DNA of 63,067 nucleotides, filler included, from Pirum gemmata (lineage: Eukaryota), in the NCBI GenBank assembly GCA_002812295.1. It is 25 parts of 25 records of this genome, joined end to end, with 100 filler letters (N's around TTAATTAATTAA, not from the genome) between each part and the next. Parts side by side here need not be neighbours in the genome. Positions count along the whole stretch, not along the records: positions 1 to 2,196 come from PDIN01007704.1; positions 2,297 to 4,494 come from PDIN01007705.1; positions 4,595 to 6,791 come from PDIN01007706.1; positions 6,892 to 9,089 come from PDIN01007707.1; positions 9,190 to 11,358 come from PDIN01007708.1; positions 11,459 to 13,686 come from PDIN01007709.1; 19 more parts are not named here. The stretch is one strand, 5' to 3'. The translations under genes were made by a program, and so were the position numbers. How positions within the stretch are numbered: position 1 is the first letter of the stretch; each line of letters begins with the position of its first letter. Shown here piece by piece: positions 1 through 12,332 of this stretch. The notes beneath the pieces were generated by a model. That model made no database searches and was not told where the DNA came from. It saw only the letters and a program-made list of their open reading frames with translations.

Positions 1-1437
1 TAATTTCGTTCCCAGAATCTGTATCAATAGTTTGGGCTCTAACCCCTAACCCCTAACCCTACCCTAATTTTACCACTACCCATAACCTTAACCTAACGCT
101 AACGCTAACCCTAATCTCAAACCCAAACCATAACCTTACCCTACTTTTACCACTACCTATAACCTTGACCTAATGCTAGTGCTAAACCTAACGCTAACGC
201 TAAACCTAACGCTAACGCTAACGCTAAACCCAACCCCTAACCCTGATCCCAACCCCTAACCCTAACCCTAATCCCTAACCCTAATCCCTAACCTTAACCT
301 AACGCTAACGCTAGCCCTAATCTCAAACCCAAACCATAACCCTACCCTACTTTTACCACTACCCATAACCTTAACCTAACGCTAGCGCTAAACCTAACGC
401 TAACGCTTAACCTAACGCTAACGCTAAACCTAACCCTAACCCTAACCCCTAACCCTAACCCTAACCCTAATCCCTAATCCCTAATCCCAACCCCTAATCC
501 CTTAACCCTAACCTTGACCCTAACCTTGACCCTAACCCTAACCCTAACATTAACCCTAACCCTAACCTTAACCCTAACCTTAACCTTAACCCTGACCTTA
601 CCCCTAACCTTAACCCTAACCTTAACCCTAACCTTAACCCTAATTTAAGGTCGCCTGGCAAATTCGTTCACCAATGGAGGAAGATAAGTGTGTAGTCATG
701 GCATATGATAAGAGGCAATCTGTCATAAAAATGCAAGCGTGTCAAAATAACAATGGTATACAGTTTTTAACAGTAATAATAATTAATAAAGATAATAATT
801 AATAATAATATATGATAATAATAATTTAAACGTACTATAATTATTCCAAATAGTCCTTCCCAAATACTATTAAAATATATTAAAATATATAACTTAATTA
901 ACGCCAAAATAAAATTATATTTTATATTATTATTATTATTGTAGTAGTATTATTATTACAGAGTATTACAGTAATAATATTATAAGACGAAAAAAAAAAT
1001 ATTATTAATTAATATTTCAATTTTACAATAGTACTACTACTATTACTACTACTATTACAACTACTACTATTACTACTACTATTATTACTACTATTACTAC
1101 TATTACTGCTACTGCTACTACTACTACTACTAGTAATAATAACAATAATAATAATCCTAACCCTAACACCCCCTAACCCTCACCCTGAAAATGATTAAAA
1201 ATAACATTATTAATAATATTTGTATAATATTTTAACATAGGGAATCATTACTGGGAATTTGATACCTATTACAACCACAAAAAACAAATTTTTCATCGTT
1301 TTCGAAACTACGACGAAAACAACAACAACAACAACGTTTGCATTAAACACGGTAGTACTAACAAAAATGACGCCGAATTACACAAATGTGATAAGACGGA
1401 TGGGTTTATGTGGATTCCTTCTGATGATCTTGTTCAG
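1..1437 (+). CDS. Partial spliced gene with a ricin-B (beta-trefoil) lectin domain; exons <1-20, 650-755, 1241-1437
   Basis: GT-AG introns with consistent phases (0, then 1) give [62 protein letters not shown]...[34 protein letters not shown]. This shows two C..C..W subdomains as in ricin-type lectins, possibly the lectin domain of a polypeptide GalNAc-transferase. Not in the ORF track. Confidence 0.65.
39..643 (+). repeat. Degenerate telomere-like array (CCCTAA/CCTTAA/CGCTAA) inside intron 21-649
   Basis: About 600 bp of hexamer variants with an internal higher-order duplication (ctaatctcaaacccaaaccataac at ~111 and ~317). It runs up to the 3' splice site at 648-649. Confidence 0.9.
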
Positions 1438-1499
1438 GTTTACTATTTTATTTATTTTATTTTATTGTTGCCTTAAATTAGTTTTTTTTTTTTTTGGTG

Positions 1500-2100
1500 T
1501 TAAGCTGTTGTTATGGTAATTGTTGTTGTTATTGTTTTAGTTAGTGTGTTTTAGTTTTTGTTTAGAAACTGTTGTTAATATTAATATTGTCTTTTTTTGT
1601 TGTTTCAGCGTTGTTGTTTGTAGTTTTATTTGTCATTTAGTTGTTTGGCTGATATTGTTGCTATAATTATTATTATTATTTTAAGTTGTTGTTAGGGTAA
1701 TTGTTGTTATTTGTTGTTTTAGTTATTGTTTTAGTTGGTGTGTTTTAATTTTTGTTTAGAAACTGTAATTAAAATTAATAATATTAATGTCTTTTTTTGT
1801 TGTTTCAGCGTTGTTGTTTGTAGTTTTATAGTTGTTGTTTGTAGTTTTATTTGTCATTTAGTTGTTTGGCTGATATGGTTGCTATAATTATTATTATTAT
1901 TTTAAGTTGTTGTTATGGCAATTGTTGTTTTAGTTATTGTTTTAGTTGGTGTGTTATAGTTTTTGTTTAGAAACTGTTATTAATTAATAATATTGATATT
2001 ATCTTTTTTTGTTTGTATAATATTGATATTGTCTCTTTTTGTTGTTTCAGCGTTGTTTGTAGTATTATTTGTCATTTCATTTAGTTGTTTGGCTGATATT
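1500..2100. repeat. Three diverged tandem copies of a ~190-220 bp T/G-rich unit (intronic)
   Basis: The motifs tttttgtttagaaactg, ttgtttcagcgttgtt and gttgtttggctgatat each recur three times. Confidence 0.85.
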
Positions 2101-2196
2101 ATTATTATTATTATTATTATGATTTCCATATTAATTTAACAATTATTATTATTATTATTATTCTTATTATTATTATTATTATTATTATTCTTATTA

Positions 2197-2296
2197 NNNN
2201 NNNNNNNNNNNNNNNNNNNNNNNNNNNNNNNNNNNNNNNNTTAATTAATTAANNNNNNNNNNNNNNNNNNNNNNNNNNNNNNNNNNNNNNNNNNNN
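2197..2296. other. Artificial scaffold linker (44N + TTAATTAATTAA + 44N); first of 24
   Basis: Identical 100-bp block with stops in all six frames starts at 2197, 4495, 6792, 9090, 11359, 13687, 16015, 18320, 20598, 22900, 25227, 27503, 29774, 32083, 35404, 37730, 40028, 44405, 46731, 48940, 51240, 56150, 58448 and 60743. Scaffold ends often fall in microsatellites or homopolymers. Confidence 0.98.
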
Positions 2297-2298
2297 AA

Positions 2299-2405
2299 AC
2301 GAATGAACAACAACAACAACGTATATTAAACGAGCAAAGACAACTGGAAAATAGCACATCTGAGCAAGATATAAGCGAAAAACAACAAATACACCAACAA
2401 CAAAT

Positions 2406-2469
<64 letters not shown>

Positions 2470-3033
2470 GAGAAACAACAAGAGAAACCTGAACACAATA
2501 AAAAGGATAGTGAAAAAGATAATGATCATAAGTCATCTTACCGCAAACACGATAATGATAAAGATAAACATAGTAATGATCACAAAAGAAAGAGTAGTGG
2601 TAGTGGTGGTAGTGGTGGTAGTGGTGGTCGTGGGAATCGGGAAAGTGACAGTCGAAGTCGCAGAGAAAGTCACAGCCAAAGCAAAAGTAATAGTCGTAGA
2701 GGGAGTGAAAGTAAAAAAGGTAGGAGTAGAAGTAGGAGTCGGGATAGGGACAGGAATAAGGACAGGAATAAGGACAGCAGGAATAAGGACAGGAATAAGG
2801 ACAGGAACAAAAGTAGGAGTAGGAGTCGCGATCGAGATAAGGTTCGAAATAGAAGCAGAAGTAGAAGTAGAGATCGAAGGAAGGGTAGGGAAAGAAGTCG
2901 AAGTCGTGACAAAAAAAAGCAACGACATAGTACTAGCACCAGTAATAGTAGTAATAGTAAGAGTAGTGGTAGTAGTGGTAGTAGTAATAGTAGTAGTATT
3001 GGTATTAGTACTAGTAGACATAGTAAAAAGTAA
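2299..3033 (+). CDS. C-terminal part of an RS/RD-rich (SR-related) protein; 5' truncated by the scaffold edge
   Basis: Open frame from the scaffold start to TAA at 3031-3033: polyQ, then KRKSSGSGG..GRSRSRSRDRDRNKDRNKD..RSRSRSRDRRKGRERSRSRDKKK, then a Ser-rich tail. Missed by the ORF track because it has no start codon. Confidence 0.75.
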
Positions 3034-3508
3034 AAAAATGGAAAATATAAGTTAATAATAGGAACAAACTACATAGTATTTTAGTACTAGTAATAGTAGT
3101 AATAGTTGTATCATACAGTAATAGTATATATAGTAAAAAAACAAGAAATCAGGAGGGTATTTCTTTTTTATTAATAATATTACTATATATGGGAGTAATG
3201 AGAGTGGTTTATTAATAATATTACTATATATGGAAGTAAGATTGTAGTGGTACTGTGGTAGTAGTAGTAGTAGTAATAGTAGTAGTATTGGTAGCAGTAG
3301 TAGTAGACAGTAAAAAGTAAAATAAAACAACACATTTAAAAAAAAATGGTTTATTTATATATTTTTTATTTTAAGGTAATTGTCATTAAAAATATTAGTT
3401 AATAATAGTAACAAATTACATAGTATTTTGGTACCAGTAATAGTTGTATCATATATAGTAATAGTATATATAGTAGAGGTGCAAACAAGAAACCAGGAGG
3501 GGTATTTC

Positions 3509-3622
3509 TTAGAATTAGAATTAGAATTAGAATTAGAATTAGAATTAGAATTAGAATTAGAATTAGAATTAGAATTAGAATTATAATTAAAATTAGAATT
3601 AGAGTTAGAATTAGAATTAGAA
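3509..3622 (+). repeat. (TTAGAA)n hexamer microsatellite
   Basis: Near-perfect array read directly. Confidence 0.95.
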
Positions 3623-3768
3623 TAAAAATCCGAAAAATCGGAAAATCGGATACTCGGATAAAAACTTCCAATTTTTCCAATTTTCCAATTTTCCAATTTT
3701 TTTTTTTGTATTTTCCCGTTCCCTCCTGTGGACATATCTCATTTTTCATTTTGGAAAATTGTGCATAC

Positions 3769-3805
<37 letters not shown>

Positions 3806-3838
3806 TATCATAGCCCTGAGTTTTTCTTTTTGTGTCAC

Positions 3839-4093
3839 AACCCTAATAATAACCAACCCCCAACCCCTAACCCTAATAACCCTAACCCTGACCCAAACCT
3901 GACCAGCTGACCCTAACCCTAACCCTTAACCCTAACCCTAACCCTAACCCTTACCCTAACCCTATTACCCTAACCCTAACCCTATTACCCTAACCCTAAC
4001 CCTATTACCCTACCCTAACCCTATTACCCTAACCCTAACCTAACCTAACCCTAACCCTAACCCTATTACCCTAACCCTAACCCTAACCCTAAC
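3839..4093 (+). repeat. Interstitial telomere-like (CCCTAA)n array with a ccctattaccctaa sub-unit
   Basis: Read directly; flanked by non-telomeric sequence on both sides. Confidence 0.9.
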
Positions 4094-4177
4094 CGTAAAA
4101 CCCATATACCAGTAATTACCTTTTGGCACCTATAGATTTACGTCACTCAAACTTTCATTCTTACTTCAATATATTAC

Positions 4178-4393
4178 CAGAAAACATAATCGAATCACAC
4201 AGCTCAATCTTAATTATTAAATTGTGACAATTTTGAAATGATATTCTTTTTTTTATGAGTTTCATTCAGGAGTGTTTCAGGTTTTTTCTATGAAATTTCT
4301 AAGAATTTTTTTAAAGTGAGCCAATACTTAAAATTAGATCGAAAAAATTCAAAAGTTTCGAACTAGTCTCGATTCATTTTTCCCACATCTCCC
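4178..4393 (+). repeat. Dispersed repeat family A (second copy inverted at 56984-57204)
   Basis: Shared blocks gaaaacataatcgaatc, tttcaggttttttctatgaaatttctaagaatttt and caatacttaaaattagatcgaaaaa occur on two different scaffolds. Confidence 0.85.
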
Positions 4394-4594
4394 CACTAGA
4401 GCTAGACCTAGCTCTAGCTAGTGTCCTATTATTTATTTTTTTAAAAAAAACGATCTTTTTTTTATATGGTGGACGCAACTTATACATAACAGTANNNNNN
4501 NNNNNNNNNNNNNNNNNNNNNNNNNNNNNNNNNNNNNNTTAATTAATTAANNNNNNNNNNNNNNNNNNNNNNNNNNNNNNNNNNNNNNNNNNNN

Positions 4595-4625
<31 letters not shown>

Positions 4626-4630
4626 CCTGC

Positions 4631-4848
4631 AGAAATCTTTTTTTTAGACTTCTTTCCGAAAACTTTAATACTAACTAGCCAAATTATTTTTTAAAACTAA
4701 CCATTGGCTCATAAAAGAGTTTTTTTTAGTTAAATGGTATGCAAAAAATTGGTAGTACTTAAAAATTAAATTGAATCATTTTGGGATTTTTGGGTTTGAG
4801 CTCATATGGCGGATGCCATTTCATTTTTATCCGACATGGTAGTTAAAA
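4631..4848 (+). repeat. Dispersed repeat family B (other copies ~28316-28490 and ~56454-56672)
   Basis: Collinear blocks gacttcttt..aaaa, tagcc(a/t)aattatt, aa(a/t)ttggtag(t/c)actt and ttttgagc(t/c)ca on three scaffolds. Confidence 0.85.
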
Positions 4849-5036
4849 ATAAATAAATAATACAATAAAGACCCCAGGAAAAGAAATGAAGTCTTTGGAT
4901 GTGATAACAACAATATTATTATCATGTGCAAAAATTACATAAATAAAAAATAATAATAATAAATAGAAAAAATAAACGAATTTTTTTTTTTTTAAATTAT
5001 TAAAAAAAGCTGGTGCAACAATAAAATAAAGTAATA

Positions 5037-5437
5037 ATGTTTAATAATAATAAAAACAATTACAGTTTTAAAACTGCGATTGTTATGGTAGTATTTTCTC
5101 TTTTGATTTTAGATTACAAAGTAGACCATGCTAATGCAGTAAATTTTTTTAGGAGAAAAAATCAACAACAACAACAACAACAACAAATAGAACTACAAGA
5201 ATTACAAAAACAACGATTTAAAAATTGGCTATCTTTAACATGCAATGATGAGCAACTACCTGGTGAATTAAGTGAATTGTTATTTGAAGATAACGTAGTT
5301 AACACCATGCATAAGTGGAAAGTATACTTTTTAATGTTACAACAACAACAACAACAACAACAACAACATGGGGATGATCCTGATTTATCACCACTACCAT
5401 CATCATCATCATCATCATCACCACCACCACCACCACT

Positions 5438-5486
<49 letters not shown>

Positions 5487-6386
5487 CCACCACCACCACC
5501 ACCCAGAGATGTTACTTTCGAAAATGTTGCTTCCCATTTTCCTAAACAAATACCTACCAAAGTTGGTTTATTTTGGAATTTGCTTAATATTATTGTTAAC
5601 GAAAAAGATATCAAAAAAGCTGTCGATTTGTTCGAAAGTCACCTTATTACACGAAAAAGTCAAAGTAAAGTATTATCAGGTTATCAATATCCACAGGAAT
5701 ACTATAACATATACATCAAAACCCCATATGACGATTTTAATAATGAAGTTTACGATTTTATGAATGATTATGTTGCTCACAATAATAATAATGGCATTAA
5801 TATTGTTGGAGAAGAAGGTGAAATTATTGACATTGATGACCGACAACCACAACCACAACCACAACCACAGCAACAACAGCAACAACTACAACAACAACTG
5901 CAACAACAACAACAACAACAACTACAACAACAACTACAACAACAAGGATCGAATATTTATAAACAAGATGTCCATTTATCTACTTATGAAATTTTACGAG
6001 ATCGAGGTTTAAAATTTTACTATGATTCTTCAGTAAGAGCTATGAAACACCGTCACGACCAAGTTGATTTAGAGTACTTTTTGAAAGATAAAGTTGAAAA
6101 GAAATGGTTTCGTTTTCGTTATTTTCGTAATAACCCTCTTAAAAATATGAATAACGGGTTGTTTGCATTATATGATTTATTAGAAGAACAAGCTACGAAT
6201 GGCAACCTGTTGGTCACTGAAAGTACGGAGCCATTACCCAGTAAAGATGAGATTTGGACCATTGTTCACAGTAAGGACGTAAAAAGAATAATTTTGACAT
6301 TTGTACAAAAGCATTCTATTTCTACTATAACTACGTTTGGGGGTACTTGTTTAGCTTATTTATTAGTTCACGCAGTATTGGGTTAA
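5037..6386 (+). CDS. Hypothetical secreted/membrane protein, 449 aa, single exon
   Basis: Long ORF with an N-terminal hydrophobic signal-like segment (TAIVMVVFSLLIL..ANA), polyQ and poly-S/P inserts between non-repetitive blocks, and a C-terminal hydrophobic helix (TFGGTCLAYLLVHAVLG). No family recognised. Confidence 0.75.
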
Positions 6387-8649
6387 AATTAAGTTAATTA
6401 ATGTTAGTTATCAATAATGTTAATTAACCCCAATAAAGTAACTGAGCCAAAGATCCTCTCTTTAAAAACTTTTTTTAGGTTTGTATTTTTTTTCAAAACG
6501 AATGAGAAGGAAATAATATGCTATTAAATTTATGCGTAAAAGCAAGGACTTCAAAATTGAAGTCCTTGGTAAAAAGTCTACTACTAGTCAAGAACTAGTG
6601 TGTTACTTATCTCATTAAAAATTGAATGAGTGTAGCTCGAATTTTTTCGAACGAGTGACTGAAACGGAGAACTTGGAAAAATTATTATAAATACAATAAT
6701 ATAGTAATAATATTATAATTATATAATTATATAATTAAATATAATTATATATAATATTAAATATAATTATTTATTAAAATATAATTAAATANNNNNNNNN
6801 NNNNNNNNNNNNNNNNNNNNNNNNNNNNNNNNNNNTTAATTAATTAANNNNNNNNNNNNNNNNNNNNNNNNNNNNNNNNNNNNNNNNNNNNTTCTACCAA
6901 TAATATATTTATAATGAATGACACTATAATTATATATCTAATTATAATTATTTATTTTTTTATTTTTTTATTATTATTATTCTTTTCTACTATGCAAAAT
7001 CCTGATGCAAAATTGATTCATTTATATGTCTTTTTTTCTCAGCAAATCAATAGTCAATAAAAACGATAACTACATTTATGATTATAACGAATGATTCAAT
7101 ACGATTTCAGCGAAGGCAAAGTGATATATAATGTCAATGACATCCTAATTTAAATATTATTACTATTTATAAACACAACGCACCATTAAAAGTTTAAATT
7201 ATTACTTTTGAAACTATTTTAAAGAATTATTACTATTTTAAGGAGACCTTGCACCTTTAATGAGCTATGGTTTTTTAAATTTATTTTATTTATTTGCAGT
7301 ACCCTGAGACTGAGTGCAACACCCCCAAGAAAGTTAATTAATACCTTATAGTTGGCTAAAAACAACCAATTTATAAATATAATCTCTTACTGCTCAAACA
7401 CTGTCCGAACTACAACCTTCATTGAAATTAAATATAATATTATTATATTTTAGGATTCAAACGATAACAAAAGTTGGTTGTTTTTTTGTGACTAATCTAA
7501 TTGTGCTTATTTATAAATTACAACAATATTTTTTTTCTTCTTTTTTTTACAAAAAAAAAATAGAATTGCGATGTATGTTTCTTCTTGTTACTTGGGTTAG
7601 AGTTAGGGTTAAGGTTAGGGTTAGGGTTGTTGGTTGTTGGTTGTTGGTTGTTAGTTGTTGGTTGTTGGTTGTTGGTTGTTGGTTGTTGGTTGTTGGTTGT
7701 TGGTTGTTGGTATATCTGTTTGTTGTTGCAGTATTCATTGTTTATTTAAAATTAAAAGAAAAAAAATCATATTCATTATTTTGTTGTTTAGTACCCATTG
7801 TTTTGTTGTTAGTTGTTTGTTTTTGTTTGTCGTTGGTTTCTTTAGCTTGTATTTTGTTGATTATTATATAATATAGTATTCTATAGATACTATTTATGGT
7901 TTGGTTGTACATTATAACATTACCCAAGATCATATGCATTGTTTTGTTGTTTGCTGGCCAATACTCTTTTCTCTGTTTTGCTATTCTGTAAGCATTTTCT
8001 TTGTTGTTTAGTATACTCCCCATTGTTTTGTTGTTTGTTGTTTGTTTTTATTATTTGTTGCTCTTTACCTAACCCTATTCTAAATCATACAACATTTCAT
8101 CTTGCATATTTTTTTTATTTTAATATATATTTACCAGTTTAGAACCGGATTAGACACTAAGCGATCAACCAATTTTAGAGCTGGAGCTCGTTCGATGTTT
8201 ATTATACCAGTAAAGCTTTATTTCTATTATCTTCCATTTAAGTCTCCTAGAACACCCATAAAACACTTTAATATACCATTTAAGACTTATTAAGTGCTCT
8301 TTAACTGTGGTCTGAATTTGAAGTAAATTTCGGATAGTAAAACAATTCGAACAAGCCTGAGCTCCAAAAGCTCCAAAGCCAATTTTCTCAATTTTCCCAT
8401 GTTTTTTATAGTAAAATAAAAATATATATCTTTATTGGTTATTTTTGAAGTTCTCAAACCAATCAACATCAACAAAGAAAAGGCTTTTTTTTCTGTTGAA
8501 TTTGACTTGAATTTGAGTCTTTTGAGATTTTGAGAGTCTTTTGAGATTTTGAGGGATGCTATCAAAGAGTTATCAAAGCCTATCATTGCTATGATGCTAT
8601 AGCTGATGCTATCATGTATGGTTCAAAGTTTTTTTTAATTTTTTAAAAA

Positions 8650-9022
8650 AAACAAGAGGGTGCAAACAATTTTCTAAAAAAAAATCCAACTTTTGAGATT
8701 CAATAGAATTTTTAGTTTTCGAATTAAGTCATGTAATAGTTATTTGATAGGTTTGGAATTTTCAATCATATAAAAAAAAAGTCCAACTTTTGGGATTCAA
8801 TAGAATTTTCAGTTTTCGAATTAAAGTCATGTAATAGTTATTTGATAGATTTGAAATTTTCAATCATATCATATAAAAAAAAAAAATGTATCAAACAAGA
8901 GAGTGCAAACAATTTTCTAAAAAAAAGTCCAACTTTTGGGATTCAATAGAATTTTCAGTTTTCGAATTAAGTCATGTAATAGTTATTTGATAGGTTTGAA
9001 ATTTTCAATCATATAAAAAAAA
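8650..9022. repeat. Tandem repeat, three copies of a ~100-130 bp unit
   Basis: tccaacttttg(a/g)gattcaatagaatttt..gtcatgtaatagttatttgatag repeats three times. Confidence 0.9.
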
Positions 9023-9058
9023 AGGTTGGACTTTTAATTAGCAAAAAAAAAGTAGGAC

Positions 9059-9089
<31 letters not shown>

Positions 9090-9277
9090 NNNNNNNNNNN
9101 NNNNNNNNNNNNNNNNNNNNNNNNNNNNNNNNNTTAATTAATTAANNNNNNNNNNNNNNNNNNNNNNNNNNNNNNNNNNNNNNNNNNNNAATAATAATAA
9201 TAATAAAAATAATAATAATAATTGCTATGTTCGTTATCATTGTTTTCTCATTTGTTATCAATATTTTAACAAACAAG

Positions 9278-9550
9278 GTTGCTTTAAATTGTGCTCGAGA
9301 GGCTGATGCAGTTGCTCGTGCAAAGGGAATAAATTTGGATTTTTCGGATGTGGAAAAAAAAATACGAGCTTTCAATAGTACTGTGAGAGGTGCCAAACCA
9401 TCCATGTTACAAGATTATGAACGTAAGCGAAAATCAGAAATTCGCGTTATAAATGGTGCAGTTGCTGTTGAAGCAGGCAAAGTTGGTCTAGCTGCGCCCG
9501 TAAATGAAACAGTAGCTTCTCTTGTTTTAGCTTTAGAAGCGAAATTTTAA
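9278..9550 (+). CDS. panE: Ketopantoate reductase (PanE/ApbA), terminal exon
   Basis: AG acceptor at 9276-9277, then VALNCAREADAVARAKGI..KPSMLQDYERKRKSEIRVINGAVAVEAGKVGLAAPVNETVASLV*. SMLQD..R..EI..ING..G..P.N is the ApbA C-terminal signature. Confidence 0.9.
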   Translation, partial: VALNCAREADAVARAKGINLDFSDVEKKIRAFNSTVRGAKPSMLQDYERKRKSEIRVINGAVAVEAGKVGLAAPVNETVASLVLALEAKF

Positions 9551-10251
9551 ATTTTAGGGCGAGTTTTCATATTTATTTTTTATTGACTTTGTAATAATAA
9601 TTATAATAATTATAATAATAATAATAATAATAATAAACAAACTATCCTGCTTTTCATTTTTATTGTCACTCTTGATTATTTATTTAACACTTTAAAACAT
9701 ATAAACGTGGTTATTTTAACTCAAAAAATAAATAATAAAACATAGTCAATTATTTAAATTGCATCCAATAGATTTATTTATTATTATTTTGGTATTTTTT
9801 ATTGCATAGATTTTTATGACAAAACGAATGAAAAATACTATACCATTGCAACCACGTGCTAAATAATAATAAAACAACTTGATAAATATAAAGTAAACTG
9901 ATTTGTTTCATTTTATTATTTATTATTTATTTAAAACGATTTATTTATTTATTTATTTATTTATATATATCTGATAATATTACTAAAATTGCTTTCTCTA
10001 CTATTGCAACCACTAATTAAATATACAACACGCTGAAGCAATACATAAAATCAATTAATTATTCCCAATTCCCTTATCCTAAATAATAATGGAATAAAGA
10101 TATTATTATTATTATCATTATTACTATAGTATACATTTAAACGCAAACTACCAAATTGAGTTATTATTGATTTTGTGGTTTGGTTCAACCAACAGCGACG
10201 TCAACTATAACACATCACAACTATCTTACCATCACCACACCATTTAACACC

Positions 10252-10319
<68 letters not shown>

Positions 10320-10416
10320 CATAACCACCGCCTCTACCACTACTACCATCAAGACAAAAATACTTAAATCTATATTGCCATATTACTTAAAACTATATTT
10401 AAAATACAAAGGGATA

Positions 10417-11224
10417 TTAACTACAATATACGTGTTCCTCATCGTCAATATTATTATTACTATCATTATCATTAAACAATTCACTATCATCAAAGATACT
10501 CTCTTCGATATTATTATCGCATCGCTCCTTTTGTTTTTCTTCTAAAGCTTTGTCATTGTCGTCTTTAGGTTGTTGTTTACCGTTGGCTAACGTCATAACC
10601 ACAAACCCAACTGAAATAAGACTGAGCCCAATATATTGTAAAGTATTTACTGTTATTCCTCGATACAAATAATCAGTTGCGGCAGAAAGCTATATAAAAA
10701 CAACAACAATAATACAATGAGAATAAGAACAAGAACAAGAACAAGAACAAGAACAAGAACGTACTCATACTAATGCTAATACTAATACTAATACTAATAC
10801 TAATACTAATACTTAATACTAATACTAATACTAATACTTAATACTAATACTAATACTAATACTAATACTAATACTAATACTAATACCAATACTAATACCA
10901 ATACTAATACTAATATTAATACTAATATTAATACTAATACTAATACTAACACTAACACTAACACTAACACTAACACTAATATATATATATTACATATATG
11001 TATATAGATGCTTACTGGAATGGTAATGACACAACCAACAGAAATAAATGTAGGGTTCGATGCCCATACTCCAACATACATAAAAAAATTGTAAATGAGA
11101 ACTCCAATAAAATATGGACTAAGAAAAAGTTGGAAGCCTGGCCACTCAAATTTTTCAGCACCAACAACATGTGCAAATGCGATTAGTGGGACTGCGGAAA
11201 TAAAATAAAAGAATCCAATAATAG
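10417..11224 (-). CDS. SLC35F-like (EamA/DMT superfamily) transporter, last two exons 11224-11016 and 10689-10417
   Basis: Phase-consistent GT-AG intron joins IIGFFYFISAVPLIAFAHVVGAEKFEWPG..YNFFMYVGVWASNPTFISVGCVITIP|LSAATDYLYRGITVNTLQYIGLSLISVGFVVM plus an acidic tail. This matches the C-terminal half of SLC35F3/4/5. Confidence 0.8.
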
Positions 11225-12296
11225 CTGTTCAATCAAAAAGTTAAAAAGTTAAAAAAATTAATAATGATAATGATAATGATAATGATGATGATGATGATGA
11301 TGATGATGGTGATGCTAATAATGACAATGACAATGATAATGATAATGATAATGATAATNNNNNNNNNNNNNNNNNNNNNNNNNNNNNNNNNNNNNNNNNN
11401 NNTTAATTAATTAANNNNNNNNNNNNNNNNNNNNNNNNNNNNNNNNNNNNNNNNNNNNTAATATTAATAATAATAATAATAATATCAATAATAATAACAA
11501 TAACAATAATAACAATAATAATAATAACAATAATAACACTAACAATAATAAACAATAAATAAAAAAAATAACAATAATAAAGTAAAAAAAGTATGTGTTT
11601 TCGACACCTGACAAAAAGCCAATTAAAATTACTTTTTATTATTTAAAATATTTAGGCCAATAAATTAATTTATTTAAAAGTCTAAAAAAAATATTTTGCA
11701 ACTTTTTTCTAAACAGCCCACGGTATATAGCCTAATATAGTACAATACTGTACAATTATTATTATTATTATTATTATTATTTTTTTTATGTTTGCTCTAT
11801 CGCGTGGAGATATTTTTTTGTTGTATTTTGGGATTATTATAGGTATGATATTATTATTTTAAAAAAATATTTGTGGGTTTAAATTATTATTATTATTAAT
11901 TATTATATTATAGTAGTGTTGATGTTATACTATTATTTGTTATTGTTATAGATATTTTGTGTTATTGTTAATTGTTTTAATTATGGTTGTAGACTATTAA
12001 ATTTATATTATTATTAAGTATTGTCATTGTTAGTTGTTGTTGTAATTGCTTCGCATTTTGTTGTTGTTGTTATAGTAGCCGCTTCAAATTAGATTTCTTG
12101 TTGTGGTTGCAGTAGTCGTTCCAAATTGTATTTCTTGTTACTGTTGTCCTTGTAGTTGTTTTTTGTTCTGTTGTTGTTGTAGTTGCTTCGAATTCGATTT
12201 CGTGTTGCTGTTGTAGTTGTTGGTTATTATTGTAGTTATTTCGCATTTCGTTGTGGGAGTAGTTGCTTATTAGTATTGTTATAATTAGTATTAATT

Positions 12297-12332
<36 letters not shown>

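Noticed and set aside
39..643. True chromosome end at the window start
   Set aside because: The array is degenerate, preceded by unique sequence and lies within a predicted intron.
7040..8293. Possible micro-exon gene on the plus strand
   Set aside because: Several AG/GT-bounded pieces exist, but I found no convincing joined frame or recognisable product.
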